Below are positions 42,836 to 54,334 of a DNA stretch of 64,000 bases, piece after piece (the first letter of the stretch is position 1; every line of letters starts with the position of its first letter). The stretch lies in NCBI GenBank assembly GCA_030691865.1, contig JAUYDL010000041.1:758-64757 (forward strand), read 5' to 3'. The position numbers and the translations under genes are program-made. The notes under the pieces are model-generated. The model was not told where the DNA came from. It saw only the letters and a program-made list of their open reading frames with translations, and searched no databases. The DNA is from Candidatus Omnitrophota bacterium. Lineage in GTDB: Bacteria; Omnitrophota; Gorgyraeia; Gygaellales; Profunditerraquicolaceae.

Positions 42836-44641
42836 TCAATCCCTTCCTGAATCCACAACCATCTTTCGGATTTGTTGATTTACCGGATGTGCAAGTAATT
42901 CCTCAAGGCTAAGCGGAAGCCGCAGGGACCAGTTTTTCGGGCTAATCGTACCCGGGACATTGATCCGATATTGATAGGGATCCCCCTTAAATAAGTCCGC
43001 CAAGCCTAAATAATCCCTTATGGAATTAATACAAAATATTGCCCGAGAATCTAAAATAAATTGAATTACCTTGGCTAATAGTTCCTCACTAGCGGCCTCC
43101 GTCATCGCACCAGAACAACCTAAAATTTTCCAAAGTTTTTCTTTCTCGGCAAAACTATTCTGATAAAACTCAATAAAATCCCCTACCTCTTCTCTTCTTT
43201 TGCCCAGCTCCAAAAGCAACTTATCTATACAATCAATCTCCTTTTTCCAACGCAGGCGTCCATGGAAAGAAAGGGTCATATCGAAGAGCTTTAAACTCAC
43301 CCTGGCAAAATCAATTTTTCGTTCATTGCACTTTCTCATAAATAAACCCTGATCAACTGTACCAGCCTCATACTGCCACCAGGACTTCCAATTAGTCGTA
43401 TCATGAGTTGAAAGCATGGCCACTGCAAGCTGCCGATATTCCTGGGGCCCAAGAAAATCATGACGGATATTCCAATCTTTTACCCAACGCTGCACATCAT
43501 TTCCGCAAATACCAAATTCCAGTAAGGCATCAGTACAGCATTTCGGAATTACACCTAAGTCTTCTGCGCAAAGCAACATTCTGGTATTCTGTACCAAAAC
43601 GCTTAAGATCTTATGGCCATGCTCATCCCAAAGCTGCTCATCAAGCGGATCAAAAACTCCGTTTAACCCCTGATTCTCCTGTGGGTCATTATAAGGTATG
43701 CTCCAAATACGAAAAATCCCAACCACATGGTCAATTCGCAAAATATTATAAAACTCCTGCGCGTATTTTAATTTCTCTTTTATGTAGCGATAATTATCCC
43801 TGGCGATCGCCTCCCAATTATAAGTAGGCATTCCCCAACGCTGCCCTAGAGCCGCATACATATCCGGAGGGGCTCCGGCGGCAAAATCCAGCTTGAAAAA
43901 TTCTAAATGGCTCCAGACATCCGCGCTATCCCGGGAAACCAGAACCGGTAAATCGCCTTTAATTAAAATATTATTGGCGGCGGCATGAGCGCTGGCTTCT
44001 TTAAACTGCTTGAAAAGAATCCACTGCAGCCACATCTGAAAAGCTATTTTCTCGATATTATCCTGCTGGAACTGCCGTAACGCCTCCGGCTGACGGTTTT
44101 TAAAACTCTGCTCCCATTCATACCAAGGCTTACCCTGATGGTGATCCTTTAACACTTTAAAAAGAGCAAAATCAGGCAGCCAATAAGCATTCTTTTGTTG
44201 GAATTCTTCAAAATCAAAAGCCTCGGTTAAATCCGCCTCCAGATAAACCTCCCAAAGTAATTGCAGTTTTTCTGTTTTTAACGCATAGTCAACATAATTA
44301 GCATCCGGGAAAGAAGATTTAAATTTTTTGTCGGAAATTTCAGGAAAATCTTTTAAGCAGATATAAACCGGCTCCAGAGCAAAAGAGCTCAAAGCATCAT
44401 AAGGACAAAAAAGCTCTCCGACTTCATTCATCGGTAGAAGCTGAATAATAGAATTGGCGGTTAATTTTGCCCAATCAATAATCAACTTTAAATCACCCAG
44501 ATCTCCCACACCATAACTATTATTTGAATGGACAGTAAACAGCGGAATTAATACACCGGCGCGCTTTTTAAAACCAATATTCTTCCAATTAGTGTTGGAT
44601 ATACTTTTAGAGAGGAGATCTTGAAGGTTAGACTCAGGCAT
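42836..44641 (-). CDS. malQ: 4-alpha-glucanotransferase (amylomaltase, GH77)
   Basis: LIKGDLPVLVSRDSADVW and GH77 catalytic region. Confidence 0.75.
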   Translation of the reverse strand: MPESNLQDLLSKSISNTNWKNIGFKKRAGVLIPLFTVHSNNSYGVGDLGDLKLIIDWAKLTANSIIQLLPMNEVGELFCPYDALSSFALEPVYICLKDFPEISDKKFKSSFPDANYVDYALKTEKLQLLWEVYLEADLTEAFDFEEFQQKNAYWLPDFALFKVLKDHHQGKPWYEWEQSFKNRQPEALRQFQQDNIEKIAFQMWLQWILFKQFKEASAHAAANNILIKGDLPVLVSRDSADVWSHLEFFKLDFAAGAPPDMYAALGQRWGMPTYNWEAIARDNYRYIKEKLKYAQEFYNILRIDHVVGIFRIWSIPYNDPQENQGLNGVFDPLDEQLWDEHGHKILSVLVQNTRMLLCAEDLGVIPKCCTDALLEFGICGNDVQRWVKDWNIRHDFLGPQEYRQLAVAMLSTHDTTNWKSWWQYEAGTVDQGLFMRKCNERKIDFARVSLKLFDMTLSFHGRLRWKKEIDCIDKLLLELGKRREEVGDFIEFYQNSFAEKEKLWKILGCSGAMTEAASEELLAKVIQFILDSRAIFCINSIRDYLGLADLFKGDPYQYRINVPGTISPKNWSLRLPLSLEELLAHPVNQQIRKMVVDSGRD

Positions 44642-44649
44642 ATCTTAAA

Positions 44650-45462
44650 TTATCTTAAGGGTAGGATTAACTGAATTATTCTATTTCCCCAAAATAAAGA
44701 CACTAGAGCTGCTATGGAGAGAAATGGGCCATAGGGTATAGTATGATCTTTTTTAGTAATTAAGTTTATAATCCCAGGCACCATACCTAGAAACGGTGCC
44801 AGGAAGAAGGTTAAAATAACCATCTGCCAACCCATAAACGCACCAATCATCGCCAGCAGCTCTACATCACCGAACCCCATAGATTCCTTCTCTCCGTTAA
44901 TCGCCGGTTTCTTAAGTAGTTTAAAATAAACCCAGTTAAAAAGCACTCCGGTGGCATAAATAATCCCCCCGCCGACAATTATTCCTAATGCGGATTTGGC
45001 CATCGGAGAAAAAGTAAATTTTAAGGGACTAAAACTAAAACCGGTCACAGAAACCATGATAAAACCAACAATCATGCCTCCTACGCATACCTCTTCGGGA
45101 ATAACCCGAAGCGGAATATCCACAAAAGTAGCGATCATTAAACACCAAAGCATAACCATATATAAAAAGAATTCATAATTTAAGCCAAAACGGTTAAAAA
45201 GCGCCACCATCAAGAGGGCGGTTAATAGTTCAACCAAAGGATAGCGCAAAGAAATCTTTCCCTGGCAAAAACGGCACCTGCCTTTAAGTAACAGGAAACT
45301 TATAAAAGGAATGTTGTCATAACCCGGTATTCTCTTCTGGCATTTCGGGCAATGCGAGCGCGGCCAAACTACGGATTCGCCTTTAGGCATGCGATGGATA
45401 CAGACGTTTAAAAAACTGCCCACAATAGAACCAAAAATAAAAACAATTATCTTGGCAATCAT
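44650..45462 (-). CDS. prepilin peptidase (A24 family)
   Basis: N-terminal CPKC...CRFC zinc motif plus a polytopic membrane domain. Confidence 0.8.
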   Translation of the reverse strand: MIAKIIVFIFGSIVGSFLNVCIHRMPKGESVVWPRSHCPKCQKRIPGYDNIPFISFLLLKGRCRFCQGKISLRYPLVELLTALLMVALFNRFGLNYEFFLYMVMLWCLMIATFVDIPLRVIPEEVCVGGMIVGFIMVSVTGFSFSPLKFTFSPMAKSALGIIVGGGIIYATGVLFNWVYFKLLKKPAINGEKESMGFGDVELLAMIGAFMGWQMVILTFFLAPFLGMVPGIINLITKKDHTIPYGPFLSIAALVSLFWGNRIIQLILPLR

Positions 45463-46301
45463 TTCCTCATCACTCCTTTCAAAAGCGCCCTTTTCATAAT
45501 ATTAACCGGAGCAGTCCTGCCGCTAAAATGTTTAAAAGCAAAAACCCCCTGGTATAAAAGCATCCCCAGGCCATTGGAAAAATTTAAATTGCGTTCTTTA
45601 GCTAAAGAGATTAACTTTGTCTGAAGCGGACTGTAAATAAGATCATAGACAAACAACCCGGCATGCAGATCTCCAGGAGCAACCAGGCAGGGATCTGTCT
45701 GACGCATCCCAACCGGTGAGGCATTAATCAATAGATCCTTATCCGGTATCTCTAAATCTTCAAAGCGGCTAGCCACGTCAAATTTAGTTTTTGGAAAACT
45801 GGAATTTAATTTCTTAAAGAGGCTCAGGCTTTTAAATTTATCAATATCATAAATGCAAAGCTGAGAAATTTTCATCTTAGCCAAAGCAAAACAGACTGCC
45901 TTAGCCGCTCCCCCTGCTCCGATTAAGGCTACTTTCTTAGGCTTAAGTTTTAAGTCTTTAAGATGCGCCATAAACCCCAGGTAATCCGTATTAAAACCTT
46001 TTAATTTTCCGCCCTTATCCACGACCACAGTATTAGCTGCGCCAATTTCCTTTACACCCGAAGATTTGCTGGCAAGAAACCTGATAATTTCTTCTTTGTA
46101 AGGATGGGTAACATTGAAACCGCAGATATTTTTCTTCTTTAAATCATGCAAGAAACCCCGCAGCTGATCGGGTTTTAACTGGAATAATTCATATTTAGCT
46201 TTTATTTTTAGCGCAGAGAATGCAGCATTGTGCATACAAGGAGAAAGGCTATGCTTGATAGGAAAACCTACTAAACCGTAAAGTTTCGGCTTTAAGGTCA
46301 T
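45459..46301 (-). CDS. aroE: shikimate dehydrogenase
   Basis: LYGLVGFPIKHSLSP..., GAGGAAKA. Confidence 0.85.
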   Translation of the reverse strand: MTLKPKLYGLVGFPIKHSLSPCMHNAAFSALKIKAKYELFQLKPDQLRGFLHDLKKKNICGFNVTHPYKEEIIRFLASKSSGVKEIGAANTVVVDKGGKLKGFNTDYLGFMAHLKDLKLKPKKVALIGAGGAAKAVCFALAKMKISQLCIYDIDKFKSLSLFKKLNSSFPKTKFDVASRFEDLEIPDKDLLINASPVGMRQTDPCLVAPGDLHAGLFVYDLIYSPLQTKLISLAKERNLNFSNGLGMLLYQGVFAFKHFSGRTAPVNIMKRALLKGVMRK

Positions 46302-47803
46302 TTAGTTTCGAGTTTGTTAACGGCATCAATGTATGCCTTGACCGCCGCTTCCACAATATCCGTGCTTGAGCCACGGCCGCTTACGATTAAGCCAGAAGCC
46401 TTTAACTTAAGGCTCACTTGGCCCAAGGCATCCTTGCCAGAGGTAACTGCTTCCAGACGAAAATCTTCCAGCTGTGCCTTAAAATTAGTAATTTTATCCA
46501 GGGCTTTAAAACAGGCGTCTACCGGGCCATCGCCAGAAGAAACTTCAGATATATTTTTACCGCCTTTAATCAATACAACCTGGGCTTTTGGCTTAATCTT
46601 GGTGCCGGAATTAATTTCAAAACTATTCAGCTTCCAGATAGGCTTGGCGACGCGGATTTCATCATCGACAATTGCTCTTAGATCATCATCAAAAATATCC
46701 TTTTTCTTGTCGGATAAATCTTTAAAACGGTCAAAGGCTTTATCAACCTGATCCTTGTTTAAATGGAAACCTATTTTTTTTAATCTTTCATTAAAAGCAT
46801 GCCTGCCGGAATGTTTGCCCAAAACCATTCCCTCTACGAGGAAACCTACATCTTCTCCGCGGATAATTTCATAAGTAGAACGCTCTTTAAGTACACCATC
46901 CTGATGAATGCCAGACTCATGCCTGAAGGCATTACCTCCGACGATAGCTTTATTAGGAGCAACTACAAAACCGGTGAGCTTGCTTACCAGGCGGCTAGCT
47001 TTATAAATATTCTTTTTATTTATACCAGTTTTTAAGCCGGAATATATATCTTTGCGCGTATCTATACTCATTACGATTTCTTCAAGAGAAGCATTTCCGG
47101 CGCGCTCTCCTATGCCATTAATAGTGCATTCTACCTGCCGGGCGCCGTTCTTGATCGCCGACAAAGAATTAGCTACCGCCAGGCCTAAATCATTATGACA
47201 ATGCACAGAGATAACTGCCTTATCAATATTAGGCACGTTTTCCTTAATTGCTCTAACTAGCCGGCCATATTCTTCGGGCTCAGTGTAACCTACCGTATCC
47301 GGAATATTAACGGTCGTTGCTCCGGCTTTAATTACCGCTTCAATCACCTGAAAAAGAAAATCTTTCTGGGTGCGCGTTGCATCCTCCGGAGAGAATTCAA
47401 TATCAGAACAAAATTTTTTGGCATAGCTTACTGACTCTACAGCCAGCCGAATAATTTCACCTTCAGCTTTCTTTAACTTATATTGCATATGTATTTTTGA
47501 TGTCGCCAAAAATACATGGATACGCGGCCTCCTGGCAAGCTTGGTTGCCTCTACCGCAGCATCAATATCTTTTTTGATTGCCCGGGCAAGGCCACAGATA
47601 ACCGGAAGTTTGATGGTTCTAGCTATTGCCTGCACTGCCGCAAAATCACCTTTAGAAGAGATGGGGAAACCTGCCTCAATCACATCCACGCCCAGTTTTT
47701 CAAGGGAAAAAGCAATCTCCAGCTTCTGCTGCGGATTTAAAGACGCACCCGGGGCCTGCTCCCCATCCCTTAATGTTGTGTCAAAAATTATTATCTTTTC
47801 CAT
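46298..47803 (-). CDS. leuA: 2-isopropylmalate synthase / (R)-citramalate synthase (LeuA-CimA family)
   Basis: [13 protein letters not shown] ... HCHNDLGLA with a C-terminal LeuA dimerisation domain. The start is placed at MEKIII (47803). Confidence 0.85.
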   Translation of the reverse strand: MEKIIIFDTTLRDGEQAPGASLNPQQKLEIAFSLEKLGVDVIEAGFPISSKGDFAAVQAIARTIKLPVICGLARAIKKDIDAAVEATKLARRPRIHVFLATSKIHMQYKLKKAEGEIIRLAVESVSYAKKFCSDIEFSPEDATRTQKDFLFQVIEAVIKAGATTVNIPDTVGYTEPEEYGRLVRAIKENVPNIDKAVISVHCHNDLGLAVANSLSAIKNGARQVECTINGIGERAGNASLEEIVMSIDTRKDIYSGLKTGINKKNIYKASRLVSKLTGFVVAPNKAIVGGNAFRHESGIHQDGVLKERSTYEIIRGEDVGFLVEGMVLGKHSGRHAFNERLKKIGFHLNKDQVDKAFDRFKDLSDKKKDIFDDDLRAIVDDEIRVAKPIWKLNSFEINSGTKIKPKAQVVLIKGGKNISEVSSGDGPVDACFKALDKITNFKAQLEDFRLEAVTSGKDALGQVSLKLKASGLIVSGRGSSTDIVEAAVKAYIDAVNKLETK

Positions 47804-47820
47804 TTTTTTAACCCTACCTA

Positions 47821-47938
47821 AAATAGTAAATTGCGGTTTCAAGCTTACGCGGGTAACGCGGGAGATGCCTCGAAGCCAAATTTGGCAAGAGGCGCTCCCG
47901 CGGCAGGCCCCGCGAAATCTGATCTCAATTTACTATTT
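47821..47938. repeat. GC-rich structured element (family A, copy 2) with 13-14 bp terminal inverted repeats, filling the ilvC-leuA spacer
   Basis: aaatagtaaattg ... caatttactattt flank the core cgggagatgcctcgaagccaaatttggcaagaggcgctcccg. Confidence 0.45.
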
Positions 47939-48931
47939 TTACTTCTTCATCCAGGGCATCATCTCGCGAAGACTTTTACCCACTTTTTCAATGAGATGAT
48001 CATCCCCGGCTTTGATTAAACTATCAAAATTCTTGCGTCCGGTTTCATTCTCTTTAATCCACTCTCTGGCGAATTTTCCGGATTTAATTTCCTTAAGAAT
48101 CTTTTGCATTTCCTTGCGTGTTTTTTGCGTGATAATTCTGGGCCCGCGGGTTAGGTCACCGTAACAGGCAGTATTAGAAACCCCCCGGCGCATTCCCGAG
48201 ATACCGCGCTCCTGAATAAGATCAGTAATCAATTTTAACTCATGCAAAACCTCAAAATAAGCAATCTCCGGCTGATAACCGGCGTCAATCAAAGTATCAA
48301 AACCAGCCTTAATCAATTCACTTACTCCGCCGCAAAGCACTGCCTGTTCGCCAAAGAGATCAGTTTCCGTTTCCTCATCAAAGGTAGTTTCGATTACCCC
48401 GGCGGTGGTAGCTTTAAGCCCCTTGGCATAAGCTAAGGCTAAATCTTTAGCCTGGCCGCTGGCATCCTGGTAAATAGCAATTAATGCGGGCACGCCCTTG
48501 CCTTCTTCATACATCTTTCTCACTAATGCGCCCGGGCCCTTTGGAGCAACCATAAACACATCTACATTTTTCGGAGGCTTAATCTGTTTAAAACGAATAT
48601 TAAACCCATGCGAAAAACAAAGCGCTTTACCTTTCTTTAAATTCGGCTTAATCGACTCCTGATAAACCTTAGACTGCACATGATCCTGAGTAAGAATCTG
48701 AATGATGTCCGCCGACTTGGCTGCCTGGTCTGCGCTTACGGGAACAAAACCGTCCTTTTTGGCCTGTTCGAAATTAGCCGTCCCCTCCATCTCTGAAACC
48801 ACTACCCTTATTCCTGAATCACGCAGGCATAATGACTGGCCACGGCCTTGGATACCATAACCAATAATTGCCACCGTCTTATCCTTTAATAAATTTAAAT
48901 CCGCATCGCAATCATAATAAATCTTAGCCAT
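47939..48931 (-). CDS. ilvC: ketol-acid reductoisomerase
   Basis: Class [16 protein letters not shown]. Confidence 0.92.
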   Translation of the reverse strand: MAKIYYDCDADLNLLKDKTVAIIGYGIQGRGQSLCLRDSGIRVVVSEMEGTANFEQAKKDGFVPVSADQAAKSADIIQILTQDHVQSKVYQESIKPNLKKGKALCFSHGFNIRFKQIKPPKNVDVFMVAPKGPGALVRKMYEEGKGVPALIAIYQDASGQAKDLALAYAKGLKATTAGVIETTFDEETETDLFGEQAVLCGGVSELIKAGFDTLIDAGYQPEIAYFEVLHELKLITDLIQERGISGMRRGVSNTACYGDLTRGPRIITQKTRKEMQKILKEIKSGKFAREWIKENETGRKNFDSLIKAGDDHLIEKVGKSLREMMPWMKK

Positions 48932-48945
48932 TGCTAAACCTCCCT

Positions 48946-49422
48946 TTAATTACTGATTGCCAGTTTTCCTGTTCTCACTAACTCTTTAATCCCGAATTTA
49001 TTCAATTCTTCCAAAAGCTCATTGATCTGATGCTGATCACCCACCGCCTCAATAATTGCAGTATCCGCCTTGTGATGAATAATCTTGCCCACAAATTTAT
49101 TAAAAATTGCCTCAAGGCGAGGCTTATCTTTTGCCAGGAAATTTATTTTTGCCAAAACCAGTTCGCGGTCAAGATGATCTTTCTTGGTAAAATCCGTAAC
49201 CGTAATCACATCGATTAATTTATTCAACTGCTTGTTAATTTGCTCCATGACCTTTTCGTCTTTGGCTTCCACCACAATGGTCATATAGGATATCGCCGGG
49301 TCAAAGGTTTCAGAAACTGCCAAGGAGGCAATATTATAACCCCGCGCGCTAAATAGCCCGGCCACCCGCGCTAAAACTCCGAATTTATTCTCCACTAATA
49401 CTGCTATCGTATGCCGCATCAT
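48946..49422 (-). CDS. ilvN: acetolactate synthase small (regulatory) subunit
   Basis: ACT domain, [17 protein letters not shown]. Confidence 0.85.
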   Translation of the reverse strand: MMRHTIAVLVENKFGVLARVAGLFSARGYNIASLAVSETFDPAISYMTIVVEAKDEKVMEQINKQLNKLIDVITVTDFTKKDHLDRELVLAKINFLAKDKPRLEAIFNKFVGKIIHHKADTAIIEAVGDQHQINELLEELNKFGIKELVRTGKLAISN

Positions 49423-51086
49423 GCCAACCCTTCAATCATCTTGTTAATCGCCTGGCCCGCCGGAACCATCGGATAAACATTTTCTTCCGGTTCAATACGA
49501 AAATCTATAAAAACTGTATTCTGGGTCTGGATTGCTTTTTGCAGCGCAGCGCGCACTTCGGATTTCTTAGTTACCAGCATCCCAACCGCCCCATAACTTT
49601 GAGCCAGTAAAACATAATCCGGGCTGGTAATCGGCGTATAAGAATAGCGTTTCTTATAAAATAACTCCTGCCACTGCCTAACCATACCTAAGAAACCATT
49701 GTTAAATATCAACACCTTCACGTTGATTTTATTGGCCACACAAGTAGCCAGCTCCTGAATATTCATCTGAATCGAACCATCTCCGGCAATATTAAAAACT
49801 TCTTTTTCAGGACACCCCAGTTTTGCTCCCATGGCCGCCGGGAATCCAAACCCCATGGTGCCCAACCCGCCGCTAGATATAAATGTGCGCGGGGTTAAAT
49901 ACTGATACCATTGGCATGCCCACATCTGGTTCTGGCCTACCTCAGTACAAATTATGGCGTCACCTTTAGTTAGCTCCCAGAGTTGCTGGAGTATATACTG
50001 GGGCTTAAGCATCGCGCTATCATCTTTATAAGTTAACGGATGCTTTTTCTTCCAATCCTCTACCGTCACAAGCCACTGCGCAGTATCCGGAAGCTTCTTA
50101 ATTTCAGTAATGAGTTGTTTGAGAATATTTTTGGCATCTCCCACTATCGGGACATCTGCCCGGATATTCTTACTAATCGATGAAGGATCAATATCAATAT
50201 GAATAACTTTTGCCCCGGGGGCAAAATCGTCCAGCCTTCCGGTTACCCGGTCATCAAAACGCGCTCCCACGGCAATAATTAAATCTGATTGCATGACCGC
50301 GTGATTGGCGTAAGCCGTGCCATGCATTCCCAACATACCTAAAAATAACTTATGCCTGCCAGAAAAACCACCCAACCCCATAAAAGTAGTGGTTACCGGA
50401 GCTTGAATCTTTTCCGCTAATTCTTTTAATTCCAGATGCGCGCCGGAAGTAATCACTCCGCCGCCAGCATAGATAATCGGTTTCTTGGCGCCAGAGATTA
50501 ATTTTGCCGCTTTCTTAATCTGCCCGGGATGACCGAAATAAGTCGGCTGATAACTGCGTATAGTTATCTTTTCCGGCCAGATAAATTCTGTATCTGCCCG
50601 CTGCACATCCAAAGGAATGTCAACTAGCACTGGGCCGGGACGTCCGCTGGAAGCGATATAGAAGGCCTCCGCGATAGTGCGCGCCAGATCTTTTACATCT
50701 TTAACTAAGAAATTATGTTTGGTTACCGGACGGGTAATCCCTGTAACATCAGCTTCCTGGAAAGCATCATTACCGATAAGCTGCGTGCCGACCTGGCCGG
50801 TAATCGCCACCATCGGAATGGAATCCATATAAGCAGTAGCAATTCCGGTGACCAGATTCGTTGCTCCCGGACCGCTGGTTGCCAGGCAAACCCCCACCTT
50901 ACCGGTGGCGCGGGAGAATCCATCAGCAGCATGAGCTGCACCCTGCTCATGACGCGTTAAAATAAATTTAATATCAAAATCATAAAGCTGATCAAAAATA
51001 GGCAGGACCTGGCCTCCGGGATAACCAAAGATTACCTCGATACCTTCGCGTTTTAAAGACTCTAATAATATCCTGGCACCGATCAT
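49419..51086 (-). CDS. ilvB: acetolactate synthase large subunit
   Basis: TPP enzyme, GYPGG...GDGS. Confidence 0.92.
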   Translation of the reverse strand: MIGARILLESLKREGIEVIFGYPGGQVLPIFDQLYDFDIKFILTRHEQGAAHAADGFSRATGKVGVCLATSGPGATNLVTGIATAYMDSIPMVAITGQVGTQLIGNDAFQEADVTGITRPVTKHNFLVKDVKDLARTIAEAFYIASSGRPGPVLVDIPLDVQRADTEFIWPEKITIRSYQPTYFGHPGQIKKAAKLISGAKKPIIYAGGGVITSGAHLELKELAEKIQAPVTTTFMGLGGFSGRHKLFLGMLGMHGTAYANHAVMQSDLIIAVGARFDDRVTGRLDDFAPGAKVIHIDIDPSSISKNIRADVPIVGDAKNILKQLITEIKKLPDTAQWLVTVEDWKKKHPLTYKDDSAMLKPQYILQQLWELTKGDAIICTEVGQNQMWACQWYQYLTPRTFISSGGLGTMGFGFPAAMGAKLGCPEKEVFNIAGDGSIQMNIQELATCVANKINVKVLIFNNGFLGMVRQWQELFYKKRYSYTPITSPDYVLLAQSYGAVGMLVTKKSEVRAALQKAIQTQNTVFIDFRIEPEENVYPMVPAGQAINKMIEGLA

Positions 51087-51087
51087 T

Positions 51088-52740
51088 TTAGCTTAATATT
51101 GCTCCCTTATCTGCTGAACTCACTAATCTAGAATAACGGGATAAATACCCGGTTTTAATTTTGGGCTCCACACTTTTCCAATGCTTAAATCTTTTTTCTA
51201 TTTCAACCTTACTTAATTTAACTTCCAGCTTACGATTTGGGATATCAATATTTATTGTATCACCATCTTTAATAATTGCAATTGTCCCGCCTGCTGAAGC
51301 TTCCGGAGAAATATGACCGATACAGGGGCCTTTAGTCCCCCCTGAAAAACGACCATCGGTAATTAAAGCCACTGAATCCTCCAGGCCCAAACCCACAATG
51401 GCCGCGGTTGGCGCCAGCATCTCACGCATTCCCGGCCCGCCTGAGGGGCCCTCATAACGGATAACAATACAATCACCTTTTTTTATTTTATTGCTCATAA
51501 TCGCCTGCATGGCTTGCTCTTCACGATTAAATACCCGGGCACGGCCAACAAACTGCATCATCTTGGCGCTGACCCCAGACTGCTTGACCACTGCTCCATT
51601 GGGCGCAAGGTTGCCGTATAGAACCGCGATCCCACCCTGCTTATGATACGCTCGGTTTAACGGACGGATCACCTCGGAATCAAAAATAGTGGCACTATCC
51701 GCAATCTGGAACGTTTTCTGGCCGCTGGCATTTAAAGTATTATTTAATTTAGATTTTAATCTCTTTAATACTGCCGGAATACCTCCGGCATATTCAAGAT
51801 CTTCCATAAAATACTCGCCGGCCGGCTCAATAGCCGTAATATGCGGCACAGTCTTACTTATTCTGTCAAAAGTCTTTAAATCCAAATCTATACCTGCCTC
51901 ATGAGCAATACTCATCAAATGCAGAACCGTATTGCTTGAGCCGCCTAATGCCATATCTACTACGATGGCATTCTCTAGAGATTTCGCCGTGATAATATCG
52001 CGCGGTTTAATATTCTGCTTGACCAACTTCACAATCTGCTCTCCACTGGCTTGGGCGATCCGGCGTTTTTTGGCAGAACCCGCTAGCGCCGTGCCACAAC
52101 CAGGAATAGACATGCCCATGGTTTCGGTAAGACAAGCCATAGTATTAGCAGTATATAACCCCTGGCATGATCCTTGCCCCGGACAAGCCTCCATCTCTAA
52201 GCAGGATAATTCCTGCAGGGAAATATCACCTTTTTTTGCCCGAGCCATACCTTCGAATGTATCATGCACAAAAGCTAGTTTTCTTTTATTAAAACGCCCC
52301 GAGAGCATTGGCCCGGCCGTAACCATGATCGCCGGGATATTTAAACGCGCTACCCCCATCAGCATGCCCGGAGTAATTTTATCACAATTAGTCAGGCAGA
52401 TAATTCCGTCTAATTGATGCGCGTTAGCTACTGTTTCAATAATATCAGCCACAATCTCACGCAGAGCCAAAGGATAACACATTCCCAAATGACCCATGGC
52501 TATTCCGTCACAAATACCCGGCACGCCGAATAAAAACGGCACCGCTCCTGCGTAACAGATCCCCCGCTCAATAAATCTCTCCAAGTCACGCATCCCGATA
52601 TGTCCGGGAATAAGATCAGTAAATGATGTGGCCACGCCGATAAACGGCCGTCCTAAATCTTTTTTAGACAGGCCAGCGGCATATAAAAGCGCCCGATGCG
52701 GCACCCTATCCAAACCCTTTTTTATGGTATCTGAACGCAT
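51088..52740 (-). CDS. ilvD: dihydroxy-acid dehydratase
   Basis: ILVD/EDD family, CDKITPG. Confidence 0.92.
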   Translation of the reverse strand: MRSDTIKKGLDRVPHRALLYAAGLSKKDLGRPFIGVATSFTDLIPGHIGMRDLERFIERGICYAGAVPFLFGVPGICDGIAMGHLGMCYPLALREIVADIIETVANAHQLDGIICLTNCDKITPGMLMGVARLNIPAIMVTAGPMLSGRFNKRKLAFVHDTFEGMARAKKGDISLQELSCLEMEACPGQGSCQGLYTANTMACLTETMGMSIPGCGTALAGSAKKRRIAQASGEQIVKLVKQNIKPRDIITAKSLENAIVVDMALGGSSNTVLHLMSIAHEAGIDLDLKTFDRISKTVPHITAIEPAGEYFMEDLEYAGGIPAVLKRLKSKLNNTLNASGQKTFQIADSATIFDSEVIRPLNRAYHKQGGIAVLYGNLAPNGAVVKQSGVSAKMMQFVGRARVFNREEQAMQAIMSNKIKKGDCIVIRYEGPSGGPGMREMLAPTAAIVGLGLEDSVALITDGRFSGGTKGPCIGHISPEASAGGTIAIIKDGDTINIDIPNRKLEVKLSKVEIEKRFKHWKSVEPKIKTGYLSRYSRLVSSADKGAILS

Positions 52741-52754
52741 ATTCTCTCCTCGCT

Positions 52755-52829
52755 AGGGACGGTTCTGGAAACAAAGGAAAAGTGTCCCTTTTTAGGGGAC
52801 AGTTCTGCTTTAAGTTGAGAACCGTCCCT
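52755..52829. other. nested hairpin between the aldolase gene and ilvD
   Basis: Outer stem agggacggttct / agaaccgtccct encloses gtccc-ttttta-gggac. Confidence 0.4.
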
Positions 52830-52839
52830 GATTCTAATT

Positions 52840-54165
52840 TTAATCGGCGCCTTCCCCATCATGCGGTACCGCCGCGGCATGCTGACGTTTACGCACAATC
52901 ACTCTTTTTAAGGTAACATATTTATCAACTAAAGCCGCATTATTTACGGCATTAAGCTGTTTGAAAAGAAAATCGAATTTATTTTCGATCTGGCCGGCAA
53001 TAGCATCGCGAACCAACTGCGGCAGGCTCATGATCTCTTTCTTGAACGGCCCCAATGCTTTCTTTCTGGTCTTATAAAAAAACTGCTCCTGGGTTTCCTC
53101 AGGCTTCGCCTCATTGGCAGCATTAACTTTGAGCCAATCATAAATTCTATTCTTTAAATCCGCAGGAAAATGTTTGGAATCAAAAATCATATTCTGAAAC
53201 TGCGTCGCCAGATGTACCTCGCAAGCTTCGCATTCCGCAAACTTATGAAATGCCTCCTCCGGCAAAGTTGAGGCGCCATGCTGTACTGCGCCAGCCAAAC
53301 CAAACTCTTTGCGGGCCAGCGCAGAAATATTTTTTAAAGTCTCAAAATCTAACTTTACCTGGGCAATTGAACCATCCGGCAAGACCACTCCGCCATGAGA
53401 AGTACCTGTCTGAATAGAAATCTTGCTGATTCCCACTAAACCTTTACGCAGGCGCTGCTTAAAACCAACCATGAATGCCCGCAAATCCTCAGGCGTAGAA
53501 TTTTGATGCCCTACCTCGCCGATCTCTCCGCCTACCGAAACCGTTATACCTTTGGGCTCAATGCGGCGGATAAATTGCGTCAACTTGGCGCATACTTGGT
53601 AATTTAAATACTGCTGATCGCTTACTTTAGGCTTACTTAAATCTACCAGGGTTGAGGAATCAATGTCAATATTATAAAAACCCGCACAGATGGCTTCGGT
53701 AATTATTCCCTGTAGCGCCTCTATCTCCTTATCCGGATTCTCCTGGTATTTCTTCAGGTTAGCCTGAAAGTGATCGCCCTGAATAAATACCGGACCAGTA
53801 TAATTTTCTTTGATTGCAGCAGCCAGGATTACCGCAGAATACTCAACCGGAGGCTGCGCAGTATAACCCATTTCAGATTTAGCAATTTCAAAGATAAAAG
53901 TCTTGGAGTTATTCTTTTTGCCCACTCTGAATATTGCCCGGGCCAAATCATAAGTTAAACTGCGGATATTGATTGCCGGCACAGTTGAGCCGCTGAACTC
54001 TTCTTTGCCCCGCGCCATATAGTAATCCTGAATACTGGAAGGATAAATCCCTTTCTTATAAGCAATATCGCAGATCTTCTTGGCCAATTTCTTTTTTAAA
54101 AGCACATCATCAGCCATAACTAAATTCGTCACAATTTTATCGATCTCCAGCGGCTTTCTTCCCAT
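52840..54165 (-). CDS. class II fructose-bisphosphate aldolase family protein (long form)
   Basis: IQTGTSHGG and HLATQF resemble class II aldolase Zn-site motifs. The subfamily is uncertain. Confidence 0.55.
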   Translation of the reverse strand: MGRKPLEIDKIVTNLVMADDVLLKKKLAKKICDIAYKKGIYPSSIQDYYMARGKEEFSGSTVPAINIRSLTYDLARAIFRVGKKNNSKTFIFEIAKSEMGYTAQPPVEYSAVILAAAIKENYTGPVFIQGDHFQANLKKYQENPDKEIEALQGIITEAICAGFYNIDIDSSTLVDLSKPKVSDQQYLNYQVCAKLTQFIRRIEPKGITVSVGGEIGEVGHQNSTPEDLRAFMVGFKQRLRKGLVGISKISIQTGTSHGGVVLPDGSIAQVKLDFETLKNISALARKEFGLAGAVQHGASTLPEEAFHKFAECEACEVHLATQFQNMIFDSKHFPADLKNRIYDWLKVNAANEAKPEETQEQFFYKTRKKALGPFKKEIMSLPQLVRDAIAGQIENKFDFLFKQLNAVNNAALVDKYVTLKRVIVRKRQHAAAVPHDGEGAD

Positions 54166-54334
54166 TTGTACTTATCTCCTTATTTATATATTGAAACTGT
54201 TATTATTTTTCTCGCTCACCTTACTCACTTAACACATTTAATACTTGTTCGTTACACTCACAAGTATTTCGCACAGTAAGTGCGCACTTGCCAATCCTAT
54301 ATGGCAAGGTGCGCTAAACTAAAACTAAAGGTGC

